Shown here one piece after another: positions 26,024 through 39,265 of a stretch of 64,000 nucleotides of DNA. Both the position numbers and the translations under genes were made by a program. The DNA comes from Styela clava (lineage: Eukaryota): the NCBI RefSeq assembly GCF_964204865.1, contig NC_135258.1, positions 9,796,001 to 9,860,000 of the forward strand, read 5' to 3'. Each line of letters starts with the position of its first letter. The first letter of the stretch is position 1. The notes beneath the pieces are model-generated. The model made no database searches. It had not been told where the DNA came from and saw only the letters and a list, made by a program, of their open reading frames with translations.

Positions 26024-29000
26024 TTAACTTTCTTCCTCTTCCTCCTCCTCCTCTTCTTCTTCATATTCAACGATATTTCCATCCGCATCAACATAATTAC
26101 CATCTTCATCCATATAGATAACTTCTTCATCAGAACCGATCTCCTCATCATCTTCTTCTTGACTGTCGTAGTCTACTGGATTTCCATCTGCATCCACGTA
26201 ATTGCCATCCTCATCTTGATAAATTACTTCCTCGTCTGATCCAAGTTCCTCATCGTCTTCATCAACATAAACAATTTCATTTCCATCTTCATCAACTTCT
26301 ACGACTTCGACGTCACTTCCATCAGATATTTCATTTCCATCTGAATCAACGTAGATATATTCGACTTCTTCATCACTTCCGTACTCTTCCTCATCGTCTT
26401 GTTCTTCATCTTTTGGTTTTTCTGCATCGGTAATGATGGATTTTGTCTCTTCGTCAAGAGGATCTTGATTGGCGCTAATATTTAATTTCTCTTTCTGTTC
26501 ATCTTCATTTACAAGATTTTCGCCCCCCTTGTCTTCTGAACTTTGTCCGGTCTCTTGAAGCTTTTGTTCAGCTTCCTCAGTAACTTTTCGTTCAGCTTCT
26601 TTGTTTTCAAGACATTCTCGTCCTGCCTCTTTCTCTTCTAGCCGTTTCCGTTCGGCCCTTTCCTCTTCTAGACGTTTTCGTTCGGCCTCTTCATCGTCTA
26701 GCCGTTTTCGTTTGGCCTCTTCTTCTTCTTGCCGTTTTTGTTCAACTTCTTCCATTAGTTTTTGTTCGGCCTCTTCGTCTTCTATCCGTTTTCGTTCGGC
26801 CTCTTCTTCTTCCAGTCGTTTTTGTTCAGCTTCTTCCTCTAGCCGTTTACGTTCGGCTTCTTCTTCTTCTAACCGTTTTCGTTCGGCTTCTTCTTCTTTT
26901 AGCCGATTTTGTTCGGCTTCCTCTTCGAGTCTTTTTCGTTCGGCTTCTTCCGCTTCTAACCGCTTCCGTTCGGCCTCTTCATTTTCTAACCGCTTCCGTT
27001 CGGCCTCTTCTTCCTCTAGCTGTTTTCGTTCAGCATCTTCCTCCTCTTGCCGCTTTCGTTCGGCCTCTTCTTCTTCTAGCCGTTTTTGTTCAGCTTCTTC
27101 CTCTTCTAGCCGTTTTTGTTTGGCCTCTTCATCCTCTAGCCGTTTTCGTTCCGCCTCCTCAACTTCTAGCCGTTTTCGTTCGGCCACTTCTTCTTCCAGC
27201 CGTTTTCGTTCGGCTTCTTCTTCTTCTAGCCGTTTTCGTTCGGATTCTTCTTCTTCAAGCCGTTTTCGTTCGGCTTCTTCTTCTAGCCGTTTTCGTTCGG
27301 CTTCTTCTTCTTCAAGCCGTTTTCGTTCGGCCACCTCTTCTTCCAGCCGTTTTCGTTCGGCCTCTTCTTCTTCAAGCCGTTTTCGTTCGGCTTCTTCTTC
27401 TTCTAGCCGTTTTCGTTCGGCTTCTTCTTCTTCTAGCCGTTTTCGTTCAGCTTCTTCTTCTTCAAGCCGTTTTCGTTCGGCTTCTTCTTCTTCTAGCCGT
27501 TTCCTTTCGGCCTCTTCTTCATCTAGCCGTTTTCGTTCGGCCTCTTCTTCTTCTAGTCGTTTTCGTTCGGCCTCTTCTTCTTCTAGACGTTTTTGTTCGG
27601 CCGCTTCTTCTTCTAGCCGTTTTTGTTCAGCCTCTTCTTCTTCTAGCCGTTTTCGTTCGGCCGCTTCTTCTTCCAGTCGTTTTTGTTCGGCCGCTTCTTC
27701 TTCCAGTCGTTTTCGTTCGACCTCTTCTTCTTCTAGCCGTTTTTGTTCGGCTTCTTCTTCTTCTAGCCGTTTCCGTTCAGCCTCTTCTTCTTCTAGCCGT
27801 TTTTGTTCGGCATCCTCCTCTTCTAGGCGTTTTCGTTCGGCCTCTTGCTCTTCTAGCTGTTTTCGTTCGGCTTCCTCTTCTGGTCGATTACGTTCAGATT
27901 CTTCTTCTAGACGTTTTCGTTCGGCCACTTCTTCTTCTAGTCGTTTTTGTTCGCCTTCTTCTCTAATTATTTTTCGTTCAGCTTCCTCTTTAAGTCGATT
28001 ACGTTCAGCTTCTTCATTTTCAAGGCGCTTTCGTTCAGTTTCTTCTTCGATTCGTTTTTGTTCAGCTTCCTCCGCTTCGAGTCGTTTTTTCTCAGCTTCT
28101 TCTTCTTCATATTGTTTTTGTTTAGTTTCTTCTGGAAGGAAGTTTTGACAAGCTTTGTCCAAATGTTTCATGACTTCTTCTTTTGCCATTCTTTGTTCTT
28201 CGCTGTCTTTGTCATCTTCATCTTCGGCAGATATTACTTTACCATCTTTCAGTCTCTTATACTCCTCGCCCGTATCGATATAAATTCTTCCACCAAATCC
28301 TTCTATTTGTCTTTCTTGTACAGTTTCTGGTTTGTTTCTTGGGCAGGGTTTTGGTGCGTTCTCTTCCTTGCTTTCTGTAACTACATTGTCGTTGGCAGAT
28401 TCCTCCGAGCCAACGTTCTTTTTCTTCCTAGGTTTTCGTGGTGATGGAGATGCGCTTCTTTCTGATATATTTTCGTTTGTATTTTTGCTTGAAGCTTCAA
28501 GTCCCTCTTCCAGATATGAATCTTTGTATTCGGTTTCAGTGATTTCTTCCTCTTCTCCTTGCTTTATATGAGCTTTTATCATTCCAATTGTCGGCATAGC
28601 ACTTGTGCCTGAAAACGCAAGGCCTTTCAAAAGCTTTTTCTCTAGATTTTTAGAAACCAACTGTTCTCTTTTTTCACTGACGTCACCAGCAGATATTTCT
28701 GTGTCAGACTGTTTGTCTAATGTATGCTGTGCTTCTACCGATTTCTGGAGATCTTGAGTTCTGGCCGCTAGAGGTTTAATATTCATCATCGATGCACGTA
28801 CGACACGCTGTCGACCAGGTGGGCGGTCTCCAATTAAGTGAGCTGGAGAAAAAGGTATAGATATGATCATTTTAAAAATGTGACTCTAATGACATTCCGT
28901 GAAGACATCATTTTGTGCAAGAGATTGAGGATAGTGCAAAGTGCAAACGTACCGGTAAATAATGGAACAGAAATATGAACAAACCTGTGTTAACGTTTTC

Positions 29001-32000
29001 CGTTCCACCTAGTTCCTTATACTCTTCGAGATATTTTTCTTTGTATTTTTCGTTCACAGCAATTCTTCTCGAATTGCGTTCTCGGCTGATAGATCCATCT
29101 GAATGTTCACTTTCTTCGTCTTCTAAGTTGCCTAATCCCAGTTTTAACCTAGGTCCTTTTCGTCTTGCTGAAGCTTTAATTTTTCGACCTCCAGTGCCGT
29201 CACTGAAACAAGAGTTTTCGATGGGCTAATAAATCAGTTTGATAACTCATTTATTTTTGTTTTCTCGTGAACTGTGAGCAGGCTACGAGCAAAACAAATG
29301 TAAATATGACTATTGGTGCAATATGAATCCATAATACAAACATGAATTCCTAAACAATGAGTTTGATCTTGCCAGCTTGTAGCCCTTTAAATTTATCGTC
29401 AACAAGGAAAATTCTGTTTGAGCTGGAATATCATAATGGTACATATATGGTACATATCATAATAGAGCATATGGTGTGTTGTAGTATAAAAGGAGAAATC
29501 ACTTATTATCGAGACGAATACTTACCCTTCAAATTTTACAAATTTCGACATTCGCAGCTTTCTAGGCGTAAGTTTGGGGGCATCTTCTCCCTCGGTCTTG
29601 TTTTCATTTTCTAAAATTACAAGATATATCTAATATATGAATGTAGTTTTAAATATACAAGTTTTACAGTTCTTCAGTTAAAAATTTTAAAGAAAAAACA
29701 GAGTTACTTTTACATACCTGCATCAACCCCAGGTTCAGAAGCAACAACAGGAACTCTACGTACTGATCGACGTGACACGCGAAGTTTTCGGATTGGTTTT
29801 GGTTCTTCTTGGTCTTCGTTGGTTGGTTTATCTTTGTCATCTTAATTGAAATCATGATTTACGTTATTGCAAAATATATATTTCTTTATTCGCACAATAC
29901 GCGTTTAACTATAACAAGAGGTTAATAATCGCTTCTTCAACCACAGTATCGTCCTCGTTTTGATACGTAATTATATAGTCAACGTGAATATTGCCTGGGT
30001 TTTTGAATCCTCTCACGTCATAAAAACGTCGGTAGCATAGATATTAATTCCAATAATAACAGAGAGCTTGCCTTCTGATTCCTTTATAGGTTTTATTTTC
30101 ACCGATCTTCTTATTCTTCTGGATCCAACTCTGATAGGTTTACCCTCCTCTTGTGTTCCCTCGTCTCCTTCCCCGCCTGGTTAGAAGAAAAAAAAGTTTG
30201 AAAACATGGCATACCTAATATATATGATAGGAGTTCTGTAAATAGTGAAAATGTGAAGTTTTTATAAATTAACAGTTTTGTGATATTACTTGAACCAGGA
30301 ATGTGAGTAATAACAACACAAACAACTAAGATATTTCAAATTATCCTTGTAATAGTAAACACTTTCTTATATATCTTGGTCTATCTATGAGATATTTTCG
30401 CTTATCTATTGCAGAAACCAAATATCTGTCAAGTATTTATAAGAGTATGAGAGTTCTTAACAAAGAGTCCGAAATTTCAATACTTTCAATGAAACAATGG
30501 TTTCGCATGGCTATAAATGATAGCAATCGAAAATATAACACTATGCATGCTCTTTCGAAATTTGGCTGGATATTTAACTCCTCTGTTAGTTTCACATATA
30601 ATAACATGGTGTCGTGGGGTATATATGTGATTTAAAGCAAGATATTGAACTCAGATATTACACGTCAAAAGCAAAAATTTCAAATTAAACGAAATCGACT
30701 AAAAACTCCTACCGAATCGTATAAACTTTGAAGCCCGTAGTTTTCGAGGGCGTGCTTGTAATCCTGCTGGCTGTCCTTCTACTTGTTCGCCGGTTTTATT
30801 TTCATCCTCCGGTTTTGTGAATTTCATGATTCGTGATACTCGAAGTCTTCTTGGTCTCACAGCAAGTGAATTATTATCACCTGTTTGATCGCCACCCTCT
30901 AAACGTACAAGCTTGTATTTACCATAAGTTTTGGAGAAAAGAATAGAAATTAATAAATTATTAAATACTCGTTGATGTTAGTGTTCTCATCAGAAAAAAA
31001 TAAACTGTCCGAGACTGCGACGACAATATATGATCGTGCATTTTCGATTGGAACAGAGTCACAAGAAGTTGGCGAGTAAAAACTTTGTTTGTGATTTCAA
31101 CAATTCCGCGAGTATCACAATATTTACCTGGATTTTGATCGGGTGGTTTCAATACTCGTCGAACTGAGACTCGCTTTCTTATCGGAAGTGGAGGCGTGGC
31201 ATCGGATGAAGCTGTATCTGGAGAGATGTAAATTATATAATAATTAGAATTTGACATTATTCATGAATTTTTTATACATATATTTATATTGTCATTATGT
31301 GTCTACATGCGGTATTTATCGTCGACAGAGAATATTTTTCAGTAAGTTTCAAATAGCCCATTACATAGACCTAAGAATAGCCCTAGCTTTTCCATCACTC
31401 AAATAAAACTCACAGGGACCGATTTACGCAATTTTTGCACTTTGTAATCGTAATGCCATAATATGTACTTAAGTATGGTCAAAAATATTTATACAATCCC
31501 TATGGATCGAGATTGTCAAATACATATAGTTGTCTAAATATATTCACTCCGTACGCTAATGCTCTTTGTTTGCTGTTATAGATATAATTTATTATGAGTC
31601 GCATTGCTCTAGAAATATAAATTGATATTATCACGACCGTTACCTCCTCCTTCAGCAACTGTCCCGAGTGTGAGAAAATTCTTTCTTTGTTGTAGTGATG
31701 GACCACCACGAGTTGATTTTCTAACAGTGCGTCGAACACGCAAGTTAGGTTGAGATGGATCCAGAGTCGCTTGTTCGCCTGATAACATTTTCGTACGCAT
31801 ATGGACTGGAACACCATGTCTCATTGATGCATGTTCGCGTCGTCGCTTCTAAGTGTCAAATAGAGAAGATCAGTATGAAACCTCATTTAGCATAACGTAT
31901 TTCTGATTTATTAGTAGGAGTTCAGGATGCAATAATGAATCAAGCAACTATATTAGTTGGTTCCATTACAATTGAACCCACGTACATTTGAACCCATGAC

Positions 32001-34146
32001 AATTGCACCTGCATACTATTGCACCTATGGAAATTTTTTTTTGTTTTACGGATATTTGAATCTATACTCACCCTAACCCATGGGTTCTAGCACCCGCATT
32101 TAGATTGAACCCGCGAATATACGCATAGGTTCAAATGTACGGTCACCGTATTTGGTATTTGTGGGTGTGAAATTTTGCGGTGTCTGCACTTCCTTAGTAT
32201 GTGATATGTGTTGTATGCTAGACGTTAATTTTGAAACATTTCCTTTTACTCTTAATTGAAGCAGTAACATGTATCACGGTATTACAAAAAAAATATTGAG
32301 TCATGATTCAATATAGGCTGTATATGTCAGTACGATATACGAAACTATCTCAGAGGCAACAAACTTATAAGTCATCGACTCATGATAATTAAATTACTAT
32401 GATTACTATTACGACTCTTTCAAATTTTGTTCAATAAATGCTGCATCGCGTGCTACATCAAGTACTTTAAAGTTGCCAGTCCACTTTATTATATAAATTG
32501 AATATATATCCACTATATTAAAAAAAATGTGATGCTGCTACCGACATTTATTGAAAAGCTGGACATTGCTAAACATGCCTGTTATGTTATCTATCCGCAT
32601 AGCAATGACGTTTACAATTCATTATGAGTTATTTTTTTTATAAAAATAGTATTTCGAACACTGGTTGACTCAAGAAGCGGGAGGCATATGTCCGGAAAGT
32701 GTAGCAATTGCTATACATACAGTACTTTGATGTGTATTTCTAAGAACTTCAATGCGTTTGCAATGAATCGACATAAAATGCACGACTGGATTCAGAGACA
32801 AAACAATAGCGTATATAACACAAGATTGACCTTTGCATGAATACGCCTCCGAACCATGTCAGCTGTTGATCATATCTGTAATCAGTATTCATCCACTCCA
32901 ATAATTACAAAAAAATACGAATTTTCATGGACCAGTAATATAGCCTATACCTGTAACTCGATGGCTTTTTTCCTTTCTTCTTCATCCTCGATTTCCTCTG
33001 GGTTAATATTGACAAGAGGTTTGACGGCCACCACTTTTACCCTTCTAGAAAACTGGCGGGCATGCACATTGACTGCTTTTTTAGGGCGACAAGATTTTCC
33101 ACGTTCTCTTTTGATTCTGGCTAATTCCTTTTCTTTCTCTGTTTCGTCGTATGAATCATATCCTAAAAGCAAGATATGAAGTCCGAAATGTTTAAATATA
33201 TTGGATATATAATTTACACTTACTCAGTTATTTCGATCACTTGACCACACAAGTTATTGAAACTGTGATAAGAAATTTTTTCGAATTTAAATAACTGAAA
33301 TACTTAGTCTTATATCTGCAAACATGAGTAATTTTGAAATGAGGGATATGGCTCCCTATTTGTTATTTTTGAATCATATGAATGCATTTGACTACGAAAA
33401 TCATGTTTATTTTGACGTAGGCTTCATTGTTCACCTAATTACCTCTATACGTTTCAAAAACATTTATTTTATGATGATATATATTTATATTATATGACAT
33501 ATATATATTATGGAAAATAAATGGAAATTCCTTGTCATTTAAGAATTTCTATTACCAAACAAGCCTGTTAAACGAACAAGTTTGTTCTCAGGCTCGTAAC
33601 CGACGCGCAAATAGATTTTTTAAATGTGGTTCAGCATATTCAGCACAGCTCATGCTCGCAATGTCACAGTATCTGATTAATCGAATTGAATACTATTGGT
33701 TATGTACTCAAAGCTTACATATGAATCGTTTTGCTCAATTGTTGTTGTGAAACAAATCGCTTTTACTCGTAACTAATGGAACACTCGAATTTTAAGCACT
33801 CAAAGATTGTTGAAGCCACTAGACGACAATAACTAGTCCTATTTCTTCCAAGGTTTTGCTGTTTTATTTTAATTTGTGGAAACCTTATACAATTTTGATC
33901 GTCCTATCCGTATATTCGACCATTACTTTCTTATTCAATATATATATATATATAATTAGTTAAAATCGAGTAGTTACACTTGAAACATTATTACTATTAA
34001 TACAAACCTTCGTAATCTGGGTTGTCTTCTTTATTTTTCTTCTTTTTTTCTTTTGCTGCTTTTATAAAATCACGTTTCACTTCACCGACCATTTTTACGT
34101 AGTCGTCAGTTATATTCATGTCTTTAGGAAGTGTGCTCACATCCAT
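26024..34146 (-). CDS. ~1393-aa Glu/Arg-rich low-complexity protein; exons 34146-34008, 33162-32951, 31848-31644, 31217-31128, 30898-30713, 30176-30072, 29840-29718, 29610-29526, 29202-28985, 28842-26024
   Basis: Ten exons splice in phase, with a GC donor after 30072. The 948-aa ORF is the terminal exon. It contains a long EEEEAERKRL repeat and an acidic C-terminus with DxDGN repeats. Confidence 0.82.
26590..28110 (-). repeat. Coding 30-bp (occasionally 27-bp) tandem repeat encoding EEEEAERKRL
   Basis: About 45-50 units of TCTTCTTCTTCTAGCCGTTTTCGTTCGGC[C/T] on the + strand, all frame-preserving. Confidence 0.95.
31959..32147. mobile_element. Second copy of the MULE-like MITE
   Basis: Reverse complement of 15059-15267 (GGTTCCATTAC...AATGTACGGTCACC). 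Confidence 0.8.
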
Positions 34147-37100
34147 GACTATAAGGGACTATATATTTTATCTAGATATAAATGTGGTTCGATAATACAC
34201 CTTTATAATATAAAGAAAATATTAAATAGAAAAGATTAATTGTAAGTCATTTTCAAATTATATGGATACTCAAAAAACATTCACTTGTAATCGGACACCC
34301 GAAGACGCTTTGGCGGATAATTAATTATATTTATAGGCACTTTGGATATTCCCATTTTAATATCTAAACAATAGACCTCATAAAAGAGATATCTAAGACC
34401 TAATTCCCACCTAACCACATCCTATACATTATGATATTCGCCATTTCGGGTTTACGATAAAGCATGTATTGTATAAACAGCCCTTTTCATGCTCTCAAGC
34501 AAATTTCTATATTATTCCACTTGTTGTGATTTGTTGTTGGATGTTGTGTTATTGCAGTTGAAAATAAGATCCGAATTTTTTTAATTTTTTGTGTGCAGCA
34601 AATTGTTTCATCCACATAGAATTTACACGTAGAATTTAATTGATTTTTTTTTTTTTCAGGAAACTGATGCCACGGCAAATATGTACTAAACGCTAATTGT
34701 TTTCACTGATATTAATCGCTAATCGGGTGTTAACTTCTTTTTTCTTTTTAGCAAGGTTCAAAATCTATTCATTATTAAGAAGTATTCGATATCCACTGAC
34801 CATTCTGTTAATTTTCCGTGGTTTAGTTACTGTTTAATAGGTTAAATTTATATACTGACCTACTAATTCGACTTCGAAAGAGTAAATGATATAGCCCAGC
34901 TGTGGAAATTCATGATATATATTTAGCCTATGATAATTTCATACTTCTTTCAAAATTGCCTATTTCTTCATCCATTTGTAAATAGATGATTCGTAAAAAC
35001 AAAATGCTCAACAAGCAGTATTCCCTTATCACAATGTCGTGGACATCATTTCATTATAAGATGACTAACTGAACAAATATCCGGCTTTTTATACATACAA
35101 CGCAAATAATTGGCTGTACATATATACTGTATAGAACGTGTGAAGACTTAATGGCGTGTTTTCAACTAACTATATATCGAATTTCTTTTCTAGTTATAAA
35201 AAAAAATTATAGTTTCAAGTTCATTCTATTGTTAATCACTCGGAACGAGGCTCAGGGCAAATTTATCTAGAAATATTTAAATACTTTTTAATTTTTTATA
35301 TTATGTCTATTAAGTTTCTTGAACGAGTATTGGTTATGATCGTAGTGAACAATGTCGATCGCAAAAGTCCTGGCCAAATTATTGCACTGCATATATATTC
35401 CAAAATGTCGCTTAGCTTGGCAAACTATGCTTGTCACATTATATTAGTCGCTAAGAATAATCTATCAATGAAAATGCTACGCCATCAAATTGTAGTCCAA
35501 TTGTCGTAAAACAACCGCTCGCTGCAGAAACACGAAACAGATAAAACACAGAACATAGGGCTTGTCTCTCCTAACCTAGAACCATAGTGACTTCCTTCTT
35601 CGATATACCATACAGGATGACGTCACAACGCATCCTGCTTCGCTCCCTGACTCATATTTTAGTTTCCACATTAGTAATAATTGAAGGCAAATTACTTTTG
35701 TTCGGGCTGTGGTCCTGTGATAATTTGTACCAATAAATTGCGCTGCATGTATGGTGTGACTATTGCTCCTCTAACATGTCCAAATATATTGCAATTTGCT
35801 CGTATTGGCATATATTCCAAATTGGTGATTCAAAAGGGGACGGTGATTATAGATTTGGTTGAAACTATATACTATTTCCTACGCAAAGTTAATGTGAATG
35901 TTCATAGAATTTAGCTTGAACGAAATTATATGAATTTGAAAAAAGCTTCATTTCAAAAATATAGATGATCAAACTGTCATTTTCTTCGGGTGATCAAAAT
36001 TAAAATCAACCTTCTACAATCGAACAACTTGACCTTGTATATCGGCATCCCAAATCATTATTTTATGTTCACCATCACTGCAATGCCATAATAATTTAGC
36101 TATAGCTCCCAATCGATTTGAAAATTTATATTCATTTCGTGTTATATAGAACTCAGCCTGAATATATTTACTGATCTCTCATCTTTGTACATCACAAATT
36201 TCCATACTCCATATATATATTTGTCCGCTTCTGAGAAATCATTTATTCTGAATGCGCGATAAAAAAAAGCGTTCACCCGTCATGTTATATATAATGCACG
36301 AAATAATTGTTTCCGCTGTTGAAGGTGCAATATAGTGTAGTGTGGTCATACGACACAATGACGATTCGTCATATCCGATATCATAAGACGTGTTATTGTG
36401 GCTGAATTGTCATTTGTGGTTTATGATATCTATGAGCCGAGGCTGTGGCTATGTTTGACTGCATGTCAGTGACAAAAGAAGTAATTGTGAGTCCGGTCAT
36501 TTTTTACAAATGCTTGCTTCGAGTTTCTACTGGGAAGCAGATCATAATTGCTAGGCTCCCATGTTTTAGTAGTCCAGTGATTCCCAAGTTTATATGGCTC
36601 GTGGCCCCTTTTTGGTGGCTGTTAGCACACATGGCCTTCCTGTTCACCTTTACAAAAACAATTACGAGCAATGCAAGCGCACATTCTAGACCATCGCAAT
36701 TCCCTTTGCTAATACCGAAGGCAATCCATTTCCGTTTCTTACGAATATTAGGAATTTAAATATATTTTTCGCGTCTACAGTACTTTTACGATGGTTATCT
36801 CAGTTTTGTGAAACTGTAGTTAGAAAGAGACTAGATTAGACCGTTATCTACAGATCACATTGCTTGTCAAACAACAACAAATGTTAGACTTCGCTGCGCC
36901 CACGGGTATTTGTAGTAGGATATATCGGGCGATTCCAAATTCTATTGTGATTAAACGATTCATGCCCCATACTTTCATTCATTTGTTGACAAATCAATCC
37001 ATAAAGTGAAAACACCCTGTGAAATAATCTTATCAAATAATGAAACTGCAGGAAATTTTCTATTTTGTGCCCCACTCAGCATAATTATACTATATCACGC

Positions 37101-38632
37101 AAAGGCACATATATATAATATATATATACATATAGAAGTTTGTTGAAAAAATTGTTCAACAACGCGACTATCCCAAACAAAATACCAGTAAAAGTATCAA
37201 TTACGTCAAACCTTAAGAAGCTAATGAATCCAGAATCATCTACCTGAACCATGGTAGTTCTGATTTGTCTTATCAGAAAAAAAACGAAAGTATGAGGCGC
37301 ATTGGTAGATTTTGTACTACGCCTGCCGCACAACCGTCTTGAGGTTAACCAGGAGATTTTTAATGAGAATCGCGACGTATTTGAAAATTTACAACAGAAT
37401 CGAGATTTTACAACACATATCCCTAATGAAACCAAATTTCCTGAAAATCGCACTGCGAAAATGGCACGTGCCAAGAAATCGAAACATACACTTAAGATTG
37501 CTGAGGGAAATCCTGAACCTTGACTTTGAAACGTACATTGAAAAAATATTACACCTTTTAATGAACGGAACAATGAAAAGACAGAAGCAAGAAGAGGTGG
37601 AACATAACGGTAGTCAGAACATAACCAAAAAAATTAACAAGATATAAATATATACCAACACAATCATTAACTCCCAGAGCATGACAAAACAATGTATCGG
37701 CAGAACATGTTACAGCATTGCACAAATGAGACAGTCTTGGGCTAAAACCATTTCATGGACATAGAAACTTGAAACAGTAGAAGTTCAGTCTAGAATTCCG
37801 ACACAATATTCAACCCATTTACAGTTTGAGATGGGCTAGAAAACCATGATATCTTAGGGTACGCTCAAGTCAAGTTTTATATTATAGACAAAAAATTCTT
37901 GTGCAATAAAGTCCAAATGAAGATGGTCTATGAATATATTACTCAGGACTTAATTCGTTTCAATCAATTGCATCAATTTATAACAAATGAAAATAAACAA
38001 AAAATCTCCCATTGCTTGCTTATTTGATTAACCTGTAACCTTGGTGTAATAACATACAAAGCGTTAGGAAATTGTCTATGAGATCAAATATTCTCTAAGC
38101 AGGAGATATCATTTTTCACACAGTTCAGATATATTCTCATAGATTCAATCAAAATTTCCACATGAACATAATTTCAATTACACAAATTTCTAAGACTTGG
38201 TAATCGAATTAGGGCCATCACATGATTTTGAAACTGTCTCATCCTTGCTTCAGGATTAAAATCTAGAACTGTAGCCTGCTTAAAAAAGAAATGAGAGAGG
38301 TCTTTGTATTGCAATATTTAAAAATATACTATATATACTGTAATGGTATGAAAAAGTAATTTCAAAATACCGAGACCCACTGCACTGAATTGCTAATGTA
38401 ATTTGATTATTTGCTGTTATGAGATTGATCAGGTGAGTTCCAATGATCCTTATTATTGGAGAAGTCAGGTAGTATTTAAGTGGACTTGAACCAAAAAACA
38501 TACAGACACATTAATCACACAATTCAAATGGGATCATTAAAAGCAGGAATATTTGTGGAATAAATCCAGAATACACAATGCTTATTTGTTCAAATCATAA
38601 TATAGTGATGCCCATTATCCACGAAACAAGTT

Positions 38633-39265
38633 TCAAACTTCAGGTATCTTAGCATTGCATTCCTCATCGGTCTCGATTCCAACTTCTTCAATAAAAACTT
38701 TTTTAGACTTTGGATATCCTTCCAACACAGCTTCCATTAGATCGGTTGTCATCCTCTTTCGCTTTTTCCAATGTGAAACAAATTGTTTATGATTTTTATA
38801 AATATTTTTTTTATCTTCTTCGCTTATATCTTTTGTGGATTGTTTCGCTTTAGTTAAACGTTCTTTGAGTTGCTCTACTTCTTTTTGCAATTGATTTACT
38901 TTTGACTTTGCACCTTCTGTTGTTAGACTGCTAAGATGTGTCCGCAGAGATGCTTTTATAAGTTTCAGTTCAGATTGTGATGTCTCACATTTTTCAGTCC
39001 ATAATTTGATATCCTCTTCTAGTTTAGTAATTTCTAAATCGGAAACTTCTGGAAATTCGTTTTGATTAATAACATATATTTTTGATTTACCGTAAGCTTT
39101 TTCAATTAATTTTTTATCAACTGCAAGTGTCTCCATTGCTTTTACTACAGCTGTTTTTCCATGAACTTTATGTAGATTAGAAAAAACATCTGCAGCACTG
39201 TATGGTCTATTTTGTATTTTCATATACTCATAGACATCAGTCTCAACTTTATCTTCCTTACCCAT
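38633..39265 (-). CDS. PSMC3IP: Homologous-pairing protein 2 (Hop2/TBPIP), single coding exon
   Basis: 210-aa ORF with the winged-helix motif QNRPYSAADVFSNL...KAYGKSKIYVINQ, a coiled coil, and C-terminal WKKRKRMTTDLMEAVLEGYPKSKK...EEVGIETDE. Confidence 0.95.
   Translation of the reverse strand: MGKEDKVETDVYEYMKIQNRPYSAADVFSNLHKVHGKTAVVKAMETLAVDKKLIEKAYGKSKIYVINQNEFPEVSDLEITKLEEDIKLWTEKCETSQSELKLIKASLRTHLSSLTTEGAKSKVNQLQKEVEQLKERLTKAKQSTKDISEEDKKNIYKNHKQFVSHWKKRKRMTTDLMEAVLEGYPKSKKVFIEEVGIETDEECNAKIPEV

Noticed and set aside
26590-28110. Regular ~30-bp repeats as a CRISPR-like array
   Set aside because: No unique spacers, eukaryotic context, and the repeats are in-frame coding units.
26601-28148. 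515-aa Ser/Arg-rich ORF on the + strand (and 27947-28444)
   Set aside because: Antisense shadow of the EEEEAERKRL coding repeat. The stop-free frame follows from repeat composition.
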